NCBI GenBank assembly: GCA_965235115.1
Contig: OZ249440.1
Location: 32,242,001-32,306,000 of the forward strand
DNA: 64,000 nucleotides
From: Laetmonice hystrix
Lineage: Eukaryota
Reading direction: 5' to 3'
Below, piece by piece: positions 21,047 through 32,389 of the stretch. How positions within the stretch are numbered: position 1 is the stretch's first letter; each line of letters starts with the position of its first letter. A model generated the notes under the pieces. The model worked only from the letters and a program-made list of their open reading frames with translations. It did no database searches and was not told where the DNA came from. Made by a program: the position numbers and the translations under genes.

Positions 21047-22078
21047 CTACCCCGACATAAATACCTCATTTAACTTCTCGAGTGAGTCAAAACGCATTCT
21101 AGAAAATTGTTCACCCACTGCCATCATGTGGTCGGGTAGGAAATCATACCCACACATGTTCAGAGTAACAGGCCTGGTCACCAACGTTGCTCTACCTTCC
21201 AATGGCCACGGCAGGTTAACATGATGGCGATGAACTTTAAACATGTGTCCACTTGTACAGCGCCAAACAACACCTTCAACCTGTCCTTCACAAGATGCAA
21301 ACCATTCCAATAAGGAATCCCTATCCGGCTTTACTTTCGTTCTATCTAGCTCAACACCCCCGTGTTCGACAAGAAAATGAACAGGTCGCTTTCTCGAGCC
21401 TAGTTTGTAGGGATTTCCATTAACATTTGTCCCGATCAATTCCATCGTTGAGCCGATCATGTCTTCCAAATGTACAGTTGTTAACTCCAATTCCATATCA
21501 GTTGGACCCGTTAAAGGGCGAAGAACAAGTCCAACTCCAAGCTCCAAATCAATCGTGGTGGCATGCCACATGTGCGATCCGTTTTTACAATCAAAGGGAA
21601 CCCAGCCGAAAGTATGTCCACGACTATCTGGTTGGGGAACACCGTCTATAGTACACACGCCGCGCCCTGGTAACCAGTTGGCAGGAACGTTTTTAAAGTC
21701 ATTCTCAACGCTCCATTCAAAAACACATTTTTCTCCACTCTCATATACAGGTTGTCTGTCTCGTAGCCGTGTCTCGAACTTTTTAAAACGACGTTGTGCA
21801 GGTTTTGTTGGCTTACGGTCGTGTCTCAGCCACAACCACGGCTTGTCTTCATATGCTTCAATTAGAACACATGTTCCGTCAAGCTTTTCTGTAGGACATG
21901 CCATTTGTATATCCGTGTCTCTTGCAGACTGTCTAATCGTATCTGTACTCACAATACGAAACTGCTCATCACTTCTTTTAAATGAACGTTCTGCAAGTAC
22001 ATGCGTTTCAAACACACATTCTATTTTTGTGTCTACGCAATTATTAACCCTCTTCATTGTCTCATTCGCAAATTCCAT
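21047..22078 (-). CDS. RLIG1: RLIG1/C12orf29-family ATP-dependent RNA ligase homologue, 343 aa, intronless
   Basis: Colinear with recalled human C12orf29: MKR..., PTEKLDGTC (motif I Lys), PWLWLRHDRKP, PDSRGHTFGWVP, TMELIGTNVNGNPYKLGS, VEGVVWRC, KVHRHHVNLPWP. Confidence 0.93.
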   Translation of the reverse strand: MEFANETMKRVNNCVDTKIECVFETHVLAERSFKRSDEQFRIVSTDTIRQSARDTDIQMACPTEKLDGTCVLIEAYEDKPWLWLRHDRKPTKPAQRRFKKFETRLRDRQPVYESGEKCVFEWSVENDFKNVPANWLPGRGVCTIDGVPQPDSRGHTFGWVPFDCKNGSHMWHATTIDLELGVGLVLRPLTGPTDMELELTTVHLEDMIGSTMELIGTNVNGNPYKLGSRKRPVHFLVEHGGVELDRTKVKPDRDSLLEWFASCEGQVEGVVWRCTSGHMFKVHRHHVNLPWPLEGRATLVTRPVTLNMCGYDFLPDHMMAVGEQFSRMRFDSLEKLNEVFMSG

Positions 22079-22199
22079 GTTTTTCCTCCGCTACAACAAA
22101 CTCGTCCCTTAACTAAAAATTCCTCACAACACCATCACACAACTTGTCACAATAACAACCATGTAGAAATACTTCAAACTTTTAGGCCTATATGCACAC

Positions 22200-22650
22200 A
22201 TCAACCCCCCAACACACCTCACAGTTACCCCATGTGACCCACTTTACCCCCGCCCCCAACCCCGCCAGGATGACTCCGTCAGGTTACTTACATAGGGGCG
22301 GCTGTACCCCCTCCCTCCCTCACACTCCAGCCCCAACTCAGCCCCATCGTGTCCTCACGTAATCTCGTGTGACCCACTTTACCCCCCCCCCCCCGCCCCA
22401 ACCCCGCCAGGATGACTCCTTTAGGTCACTTACATAGGGGGCGGCTGTACCCCCTCCCTCCCTCACACTCCAGCCCCAACTCAGCCCCATCATGTCCTCA
22501 CGTCACCTCGTGTGACCTACTTTACCCCCCCGCCCCAACATGGCCATGGTGACCCCATCAGGTCAGGCTACTTGGGGGGCTAAACATTGAGGGGGCAGGT
22601 CAGAGGGGGGGATCATATTTTTCTGGGGCAAAACAGGCCCACCCACTACT
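22200..22650 (-). repeat. Polinton right TIR
   Basis: Reverse complement of 4578..5014; ends ...cccactact followed by TSD ccgcag. Confidence 0.95.
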
Positions 22651-22701
22651 CCGCAGGAGTTCTTTCAAATTCCTAAAAGACCCTAAACTTCGGAGGATTT
22701 G

Positions 22702-23110
22702 TAGAGCCAGTCAATTTCCGCGATCACGGAATCGCGGACGGAATCGCGGAATTTACTATTTGAAACGGAATTTCCTATCTGAAACGGAATTTCCAGTGTA
22801 AAACGGAAAATGACGGAAAACGTTCTTTTTACTACTGGTAATTCCCCAGTCGACCGTATACAGTGTAGCTGGGACCTGGGTTGGCCTAACTGGACCCGCT
22901 AGAGCATTGGTGTGGGAGGGTCATGAATATGCTTGAGCTGTTCTTAGAGCAAACAGACTGGACTCGCAAATGTGACAGGTGTGCAGATATGGTTGTGAAT
23001 TTTTTGGGACACCCTCTATACTGAGAAAATACTAAAACGGAAAAAAAACGGAATTTTAAAAATTCAAAACGGAATTTCCTGGCAAGGATCACGGAATTTG
23101 ACTGGGTCTA
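22702..23110. mobile_element. MITE (409 bp) with TAG...CTA TIRs and 6-bp TSD GATTTG, hAT-like
   Basis: tagagccagtcaatttccgcgatc pairs with gatcacggaatttgactgggtcta; gatttg at 22696-22701 and 23111-23116; internal acggaa repeats. Confidence 0.8.
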
Positions 23111-25019
23111 GATTTGGCGTGTCAACATCAGTCATCAGCAATCTGTCACTGTCGTGTCCATAGATATCGAAGCTCTCGTCCGCATCGTCGCCTACTGACC
23201 TAGATGCCGCACTGCCTATTCAGCGCATTGTGACGCCATACGTCAATAGAGCCGCCATCTTGGGAAGGTCGAAACAGGCCTGCTGGGGGGCGCCTACGGC
23301 TACGATACAATGCGGACGAGAGGCCTGGGGGGGGGGGGGCGGAATCTCCCACACTCTACAGTGATCTGGGGGGGGGGGGGGCGGAATCTCCCACACTCTA
23401 CAGTGATCTATGTACAGCTTTACGATTTCGGGGCAAATTTCATTAGAACTGTTCCGCTAGAAAACATGTTTATCTGCATTTTAAGTCAGAATTTACACCG
23501 ATTTTAGTGTGACTGTGTGAGGTTGAGGAGACGTTGTTTAGACTTTAGTCGTGTTTACAATAGGCTACATGTATAAAACATAAATTAAATAAACTTAAAC
23601 TAAAGTCAGTCTTGGCTCTTGCCGTCAACCATAGAGCTAGACTGACCCCCCCCCCCCCCCACGGCCACGGGGCCTTTTTCTGGCTTTTCACGAATTAAAC
23701 ATTAAAAAAGAATTATGTAAATCTTCGGCAAAAACCTCCACTATCTGCCTTTGTGGGATATTTATAGGCCCTATTATGCCTATATGCCCCATTGATGGGG
23801 GTGTACGTGTGTGTGTCTGGGAGGGGGGGGGGGTGCGAAAGTGCCCTTTTTTTCATAGCACCCCCCCCCCCCCCACCCCACCCACCTGGAAAATCCTGGA
23901 TCCGCCCAGGCACTGCAGTCTGTGCAGAGCCAGGACGGATCCAGTACTGCATAAGAGGGGGGGGGGGGGGGTGCCCTTGGCAAACACTGCTGGGGTGGGG
24001 GTTGGGGGGGGGGGGGTGAGGGGCGTTTCGCGTGCCCAATGAATAAAATGGCATTTTTGGGACCCTGTATTTAAAAAAATAAAAATCTTTCCTCCATCTT
24101 TTCCAATTTCCCGCAAATATCCACATAGTACTATGGATAAAACATTTTATTTTCTCATACTCTATGCCTGTGGACCAGTTATTGATGCTATTTTTTACAG
24201 GGGCTCCAGGGAAGGTAGGGAAAAGTAGGGCCAAAATTGGTATTTCGTAAAAAGTCCCTAAATTTGGCCAAAATGTACCGACTTTGAAACAAAGATAATG
24301 ACATCTGGTTTTCAGTAGTGTATTCCTCTCATCTTGCTCTGTTTATTCACACCAAAATACAGTCTGGTGTTAAATGATACCTCAAATACTGGTCAGTATT
24401 CTTGAATATATTCAGGTAATTTCACAAAATTACACCTAAATTAACTCGCACTTGTAGGGCAACTCTATTATCACCATGAACCTCTGTGACAACCATTGAA
24501 TTGATTTTACTGGTAAATTCAGTTTTTTATGGAAGGATGTGATGTAAAACTCCCTACGGCTTCCTAAAAATGCACACAAAACCTGGCCAAGAATCACGCA
24601 TCTCAAATGTCTGAGACCAGAGTTTCCTTGTATTGAAAATCAGATTATTCATCCACAATGATGTAATCACCTCACTAGGTCTATGTAAAAGGTGAAATAG
24701 TCTTCCAGCAAAGCTATATTAGAATGGTTAAAAAAGTGACATGACACTCCCAAAATTTCAGAAGTCGGTGCCTGCCCAAAAGAGAAGGACTCCATATGTG
24801 AAATTTTTGAAATAAGGAGGTAAGACTTGAGACAGGATTTGATTTACCCATATGTTCATGAGGCAGAGCTGACCATGCCAGGATACCTCACTAATGTAGC
24901 AAACCAGACCCTGTTCCAGGTCTTATCTCCTATGGAACTTATTTCTTAGCTTGTTACGTATAAATAAATAAAAAAAGTTTGTCAAAATCATAATGGTTTC
25001 AAGGGAAGGCTGTCACATG

Positions 25020-26490
25020 AACAGTACCATCTACTAACAAACCTTTTACATGGACATCTTTTAGCAACCCCTTTACATACAAGGTTATTGACTATTCTCC
25101 ACTCATTATTTAATATTGGAGAAGTCTTACAGACTTAGCTTCAAATCACATTAGAAAGCTTCAAATCACATCAGCCCCACTGATGAACAGCAGTATCTAC
25201 TAACAATGTTTTAACACAGACACATTTTTACTAACAATTTTTTTACACAAACATTTTTACCACCCCTATACATGTACAAGGTTGTCGACTATTCTCCTCT
25301 CGTTAATATTGGAGACGTTTCCCAGACGTAGCTTCAAATCACATTTAGAAAGTTCATCTACTAACATTTTTTTCACAGACATTCTTCAGCAACCCCTTTA
25401 CAAGGTTGTCCATTATTCTCTGCTCATTAATTAATAATATTGGAAAGGTTTCACAGACTTAGCTTCAAATCACTTTCCAAATCACAATTGTTTTACACAC
25501 AGATTTTTTCAGCAACCCCTCAACTACCATAGGTTGTCAATTATTCTGCGGGCATTCATTAATACTGAAGAAGATTCACAGACTTGGTTCACATCATTTA
25601 TAAAACTTCATCAGCCCCACTGATCCACAGCACTAGCTTCTAACAATTTTTTTAATGTGGTTATTAAAGAGACGCGTCACTTTTCTCAGTGGCGCCACCT
25701 CGTGGCAATTGACGAACTGTATTTTTACACGTTGCAACGCGTTTTTTACATCACTCATGCTGTCAACAACACGGCAATGCAGAGGCAGAGTCAAGTCTGG
25801 CCGCTTCGCATCCCAGAAACAGTTTGACAAAACGCTTCACGATGCCAGAAAAATGTACTTGACTATGTGTTTTAACATTGGAGTCTATGGGACCGATAAG
25901 ACCCTTGGTAGTGAAAATGTCGATATCTCATGAATTTCCATGGTGACATATGATTTTTTTTAATCTAAAGTGTTCAAAACAAGTCATGCAACAATTCTGA
26001 GAAGTATTTTCAGAATCTCTGGGTTAGAAATGTCTGAAAAAAATCTTCTCTCTTCTAATTTGAACCAAAAATTTCACGTATCTCTCTCTACTGTAGACTG
26101 TAGTAGTGCGAGTTGAAGGCCTATCTTCAAATGCTCATAACTCAGGATCCGATATGGTGACCCGCCATTTTCTTTGCACCAAAATACTCGAAAAATGTAG
26201 AATTATTTTATGTGAAAGTAGCCTGAAAATCTCTGGGTCAGAAATTTTTGGCTTATTGGTGTCGAGTCCCTTTAAGCAACCCCTCTACTGGGTTGTCAAC
26301 TATTCTCTGGGAATTAATTAATACTGGAGCAGTTTCATAGACTTAGCTTCAAATCACATTTAGAAAACAAAATGTGAACACATCATTCCCATTGATGTAC
26401 AACACTATCTACTAACAATTTTACATGAACATTTTCAGCAACCCCTTTACGAGGTTGGCAACTATTAGACATTTTTTTCAGCAACTCCAG
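25020..26490. repeat. Degenerate tandem repeat array in the P element 3' region
   Basis: Recurring atctactaaca / cagcaacccct / agacttagcttcaaatcaca blocks, interrupted by a MITE. Confidence 0.75.
25668..26271. mobile_element. Kolobok-like MITE with TTAA TSD
   Basis: TTAA|agagacgcgtcac ... gtgtcgagtccct|TTAA (10/13 TIR match); splits a unit of the surrounding array. Confidence 0.6.
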
Positions 26491-26631
26491 TGGCACTGCA
26501 CGGCTAAGGTATATCTGTCAATTTCTGTTACCGTTCTTAGTTTCTACCTTACACTTTGGAACTCTTCTTATGTAGTAAATGTCTTACTCTGCATGTTTAT
26601 GCCAAAGTGGGGCTAGAGGCGGCTAGAATCT

Positions 26632-29600
26632 TTAGTGACCTGAAAACAAAACGGTTTTTCCTAGTTTTTTTCGCAAATTCCCTGTCTGTAGCTCCAAGGT
26701 GTGAATTTTTGCAACATGATGCTGTCTCAGTGTATAGAAACAGCTAACAACCAATGACACCAGCTGGAAATGGTGGTTATCGATGCCAAACTGAGTGTCA
26801 TGTACATGATCTCCAAGGTCAAAAATGTCCTCGGACCCAATGTCTGACCGTACGACCTGTACAACCTGGAGAACACTGCACTGTTTCCTAGCTGACACCA
26901 TGTTGCTGGATTCTCTCAGACAACGCTCAGCTGAACGAACAACTCGGACCGTTCCGGCAGAAGGAACTACTAATCCACCATTATTTTTCAATGTCAGAAG
27001 GTGATAACTATCATCACTTGTGGAGGGTACAGCACCTGTAACAAGACTTGACCGACACATGTCACACTGCAGCTTTTTCATAGCTTTTTTCACAACCCAA
27101 CCAGCTATATATACCAGTGCATTGTCTACGAGTCTGCCAAAGCGTGTAGGCAAGTAAGAATGATCTTGCATGACACTGCTGACACTTACAAATGGAGAAG
27201 GAGCAGTTTCTTCCTGGACAACACAAGGCACATCCATCAGCGAGAGAAACACTGTGTCATCTTGGCTGGTTACATTTCCACTTTTCCCAGGGAGCACTCC
27301 ACATCTGACCATGATATGACGAAATATGTGTCCAAACTGAGCAGCTGTCGGGTTGTTATTCCAACCACCTGTAAATTATAATACTACTGTAATAATGTCT
27401 ACTAATTACAGTAAATGCATCAATTACGTACATGTGCTATTGCTGCTCTACACTAAAATAATGATAAATACATCTTCTAAATATGCCTCATTACCATCTG
27501 ATGACTTTTATGCATTTACCTGATGCTCTGATGGAATTGAAGAGCAGCTCAAGATGGTCCTGGCTACACCTGTATGTACACACATATTCATACTCGTGTT
27601 TGTTGAGCAGTTCAGGGACCATTAGCAGGAGAGTCTCAATGTTGATGAGAAAGCCAGTCACAGAAAGATACCTGAAAGACCAGTTATTCATTAGAAGGGT
27701 AGAGTACTATTGTTAACCCATAGAGACTTAAAATTTAATGGAGAAAACGAAATAGTTTAACAAATTTAACATACGTTTCCAGCAGGGATCATGTCATAAG
27801 TTGCAGCTTCACACGAGTATCTAATGCCTGGAATGTTCCGATCCAACCTTGTATGAACACATAATGGAACTGGAACAACAAAACCAACAAAACAGAACTG
27901 AACTTCACTAAGCTTTGAACACAAACAGAAAATTAACAATGGAATGCTGTTAGTGTTATAACCTTGAATGGATTTTTTTAGACAGCAGAAGGAAAAAGAA
28001 AAGTTTTTGAACCGTCACACCCCACCTTTTTGTTCTGTAAACTGGGAACCCATTTTCCAGTGTAAGTGCCAACAGGTACTCTTTTGCTGCATTCAAGAAT
28101 GCAACACTATTTCTCCAGTTGGCTTCACACAACGGAGCCTTGAAAGACCTCCCATATAAATTCCGGCTGTTCAACATGTCAAATAATCTATCAATCACCT
28201 GAAATATACAGTGAAATGAGTAATGTTCACTGCCTTCTTTCCAATGCAACTTTGAAATGATAAGCTATGCCTAAAAATCTTTAAATATCTGTTTTGGGGA
28301 ATTCAATCCTGAAGCCATGACTTAGGAATGTGGGAAAAAGCTTTTTAAAATATTGTACATATGGTAACATAAATTTGGAAATAAATTAAATGTCACACAA
28401 TTACCTCGACGAAATGAACTGTTGCTTGGCAGTCAGCAAACTTCTGATACCCTGCATGTTCTAACACTCTCAAAGCTGTCGCCACAGACCTACTAAAGGT
28501 CTGAACTGCTAGGCTTACTTTCATCTTTTGATTTTCAAAGTCTATGTGTTTCTTCGTCAGCTTATTTGCCAGATGTAGGCCAGCATTCTCCTGAACTTCA
28601 TTCAAATGAACAAAGTACATCCATTTCACTGGACCATCTGGCCCTACCACTGTGTCATAGGCTTGGAGCATGTTGCGTGAGAGTTTTAACATATGGCAGG
28701 CATCCATCATGATGTAAACGGCTTCCTGTGTGATCGGGTGTTTGAAGTACGTGAGAAGGGGCTCTCTACTGTTCACCTTCAACTTACAACCAAGCATATT
28801 GGCCATACTAACATTTGTTGCATGACCGTCCATGGTTAAGCACAAAACCCTGATGCCGCATTCATGTAGCATATTTAATGCATGTTCCACAAGAACTTTT
28901 TGAGTGTCAGGCTTCAGTGTCCGTGTTATAAAGTATCCAATCGGAGCCTTCCAGATGCCCTTCATTCCCACTACCATGAATACGAGTGCTTCAGATGCCA
29001 CGTCAGTTTCTTCCGAACCATCTCCGAGGTTTACAAAGCCAGACATTGTTTTACTTTTGGGATCATATGTCACCTGTTTCTTAATGGCCATTGCATCGAT
29101 CATCAGACACACAGTCCCATACCTCTGTGGATCATCTTCCACTTTCTTCTTCAAAACATCCAGTATGGCAGTGTTGAATCCTGGCTTCGCTTCTACAGAC
29201 TGCAGCCACCTGAAACAGGACTTCATAATATATACATGTACAGGACTCTTGGTGCACCCCACATTGGACTTCTTGGTGCCCAGCTATTTTGAGTTAAATT
29301 CTAAGCAGCGAATTTTGCTTCAATTGCAATTTTGTTTGTTTAATTATCAACTTCTTCTAGGGGTTACTGTTTTTTGAAAGGTAGAAAATAGAACATGCCT
29401 GTCAGAGCATATTTTTACACATGACAAAATCCCTTTTTTAAGTGCGTGGATAAAAATTCACGAGCTCCACTACCTCATTGGTCCTTTATGGGCTCATTCA
29501 CCACATTTGACTGCTAAGTCTACTAGCCCCCTTGATCCTGGGCATGTCTTACATGTTTGAAGAACAGGGGACTGTCATAGTTTAGTGTACAATTGACATC

Positions 29601-31572
29601 TACCTGTACCCCTCCCACAAAGGGTGGTACTTTACAACGCAATTTTTCAAGCCCTGACATATTTACAAGGATTCTTTTGTTATGAAACTTGATAAGAATG
29701 AAGAACTGTTATTATTCTGAGTTAGTGAGTAGGGACATACTTTTGTAAAGTGTGTGGATGTGGAAGTGGGAGGTGAAGTTTTTCTCGCAGGTACTTGTAG
29801 GCCTTTGGTCCATGTAGATGGAGAGTGATCGCAAACTCTTTCTGTTCTTGCAAGTAAGCATGACCCTGTCTGCCAAGAAGTTTTAGAGGAATATCTGAAA
29901 CCGGGAACACACACTCACACACACATTTGATAAATAGCATTGATTACATTAAATTATACTACCGTAATAAAATATTTAAACAGATAGTCACTTGGAGAAA
30001 TAAAATGAATCATTGTTGTACCTGAATACATGTCCAGCTTCTGCTGAAGCTCTTGTGTGATTAAATTTTTTTCTTCTAGTTCCTCCAAGACAGATTTCAG
30101 AGTACTTTTGGACCTCCTTTCACGATCTTTTGCATTCCTCAACTGTCGTTCAAGCTCTGCCACTCTGTCTTTCGCTTGAATAAGTTCTTCTTTTGCATGA
30201 TCTACTGATGTCAGGCTGTATGCATGATCAGCCTGAAAAAGAATTTGTAATCTTAATATTATTTATTGATTTCATTATCAGGTTAGTGGCCACTACTTGA
30301 TCCAATCCATACATTTACCAAGTGTAGCTGCTTATGAAAAGTATTTTAAATTTGTTTAAACAGTGCACTCAAGAATTACATCAAACTCAAAGTCAAGCAG
30401 AGATCATTTTCAAAAATATCAGAATGTCAGTACATTCAGGGTCAAGATTAGCCCTCTCCCTCCTCCTCTAGTCCCGAGTTAGTGGGATGTGGGGGGAGGG
30501 ATGGGAATGGCAAACACAATCTAATTCTAAAATTATTTGGGAGGTTTTGGGGTGAAATGAAGTGTAACAACAGGTAAGTTTAAGCCCAGTACCATATGAT
30601 CAAAATACTGTTTGGTTGCATCCCTAATAGTAAAATGACAGCTTACAGATAATACAGAAGGTGACACCTCTGCAGGTTCTGAAAGATCCCTCTGCGACAG
30701 GTCAAGTGGCTCAGATGCCTGTTGTGATGTCCTGGTTTTCCTTTGCGTAGGCTCCTAACAAATTGAAATATATTTCCCACTCAGTATGGTTCATATAGTG
30801 CTCAAGATGTTTCTAAAGTGTGGAAAGTACTTCTTAAAAGTTCTTTTTTTTAAATTTCTTTCTTACAGCATCGACCTACATCACATTAAGCCCATATGTA
30901 CAGTACTTATTTACTTTTTGCAGATGGTCAGGAAAGTTGAACACGGACGGTACCACTCCTTCCCGCAACCTCACTGTTGCACCCGTCCTGTCAAAGTCAT
31001 CTTCTTTGAAGTGTAACTTGCACATAACACTGTATTTTGAGGCCACAAATTTGTCCCTCTTTAAGCTAACTTCCCAAGCACGCTTCTGGACTGTGCCAAC
31101 AGGAAACCTGTAAATAGCATTAAAAAGCCCTTGGCTTAGTTAAGTTTAGGCAGTGGCCAGTGCCAGTGGACTGCCTAACTAAGTCTAAGACTAAGTAAGG
31201 CTAAAGCCAAGGGTTGTGAGTCTACAACTTAAGAAGTTGAAGCTCTACTGAAGCAAATCGAGAGGCCTAACGTTCAATAGAGGTCTATGAGTATAATAAT
31301 ACCTGTTTGTGTTAACGTTATTGACTGAGTGTCGTCCCAGTTGTATTGCGAGGCCTAGATCGATGACATTTACAATCACAGTCACAGTCACAGACACTGA
31401 CTGAGACAGAGGCAAGTAACCTCGACTGGCACACCGCCTGTCTCACGTTAGCGGCTCTTCTAGCTAAATCAACACACTTTTTACATTCTTACCTGTGGAA
31501 AGTGATGCCCTGATTTCTTGATTCAACAGTACGCCGCATTTTGCAGCCATAGGCTGCACAGTGTTGTGGCAT
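26632..31572 (-). CDS. P-element (THAP9-like) transposase, 9 exons, ~870 aa: 31572-31493, 31107-30915, 30754-30647, 30232-30022, 29894-29741, 29209-28405, 28198-28026, 27671-27520, 27368-26632
   Basis: THAP domain MPQHCAAYGC...FHRFP...W...CKLHF...VVPSVF; DHAY motif; coiled coil; IDAMAIK, TMDGH, DACHMLK, SQDHLELLF; GT-AG introns with matching phases. Confidence 0.92.
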
Positions 31573-32389
31573 TTTGGACAAGTTGTAGTAAGTTGTCAGC
31601 TAGTGTTCAACCATCCCGCGGCGACATCTTGACCTTCCCAAGATGGCGGACGTGATGACGTATCGCTTTCAGCCAATGCGGCATCTAGTCAGTAGGGGGC
31701 GCGCAGGGGATTCGATGTCTATGGTCGTGTCAGTGTCAAATTCAGGACAGGAGAGGAGGGCAGATCCGAAGACGAATGTTGTCATCTCGTCGTGTCTGTG
31801 AAGATCACTCAAAGAAAGACTTCGTGGAAACGTTAATGGGTGGGTATTTTGATTGGTGGATAGTATCGTTGACTAGGCCTAGTCTATAGGCCTATTATAT
31901 TTTGCTACTAGCCCTACACCGACACTGGCGACAGGTCAACTGCTTGTTGACGGTACTTGCTGCGTGCAAGTCCCGGTCAGCGACGGCCGGGTCGACGCCT
32001 ATAGATAGATTCTCTACGTATAACTATAGTATAGCCTATAGCTTAGGCCTAGTTACTACTGTCTAGCTCTAGTACTAGTAGTAGTGGTAGTAACGGTAGC
32101 CTTAACTAAGCTTAATTCAGTTAGGTGCCAACCATTTGATTTAACTTTGAGGGGTAGGAAGTTTCAGTTAAGATAATCTTCTGGTACATTCTCAGATTTG
32201 GAATTCTTTCAGACCCACTGACACTAGTGACAGCTTTTTTTCAATCAAGGCCCATGCCAAGGGTGAAATCCTAGCCAATGTAATCCTGTGCCCCTGGGCC
32301 TGGAACTGGAACTTCTGAGAGAGAGAAATGTCTAGTCCCTGTATATTCCTTAAATTTATTAGAATTATCTTCAACAGAATATTATGTTG

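Larger units (their letters stand above)
4578..22650. mobile_element. Complete Polinton/Maverick (adintovirus-like) element, 18,073 bp
   Basis: Termini AGTAGT (4578) and ACTACT (22650); CCGCAG duplicated at 4572-4577 and 22651-22656; long TIRs; pPolB, rve integrase, ATPase, major and minor capsid genes inside. Confidence 0.97.
23159..31723 (-). mobile_element. P-superfamily DNA transposon, 8,565 bp, apparently autonomous
   Basis: TIRs catagatatcgaa / ttcgatgtctatg; 8-bp TSD gtcgtgtc at 23151-23158 and 31724-31731; subterminal inverted ccgccatcttgggaaggtc; THAP transposase inside. Confidence 0.95.

Noticed and set aside
21459..22112. 217-aa plus-strand ORF (also 11142..11795)
   Set aside because: Antisense shadows of the RNA ligase and PolB genes with no recognisable motifs.
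23640..24030. Long G/C homopolymers and Gly/Pro-rich ORFs (here and across the window)
   Set aside because: They lie in short ggcggatcca/tggatccgcc-type interspersed repeats whose ends could not be delimited; run lengths may be unreliable.
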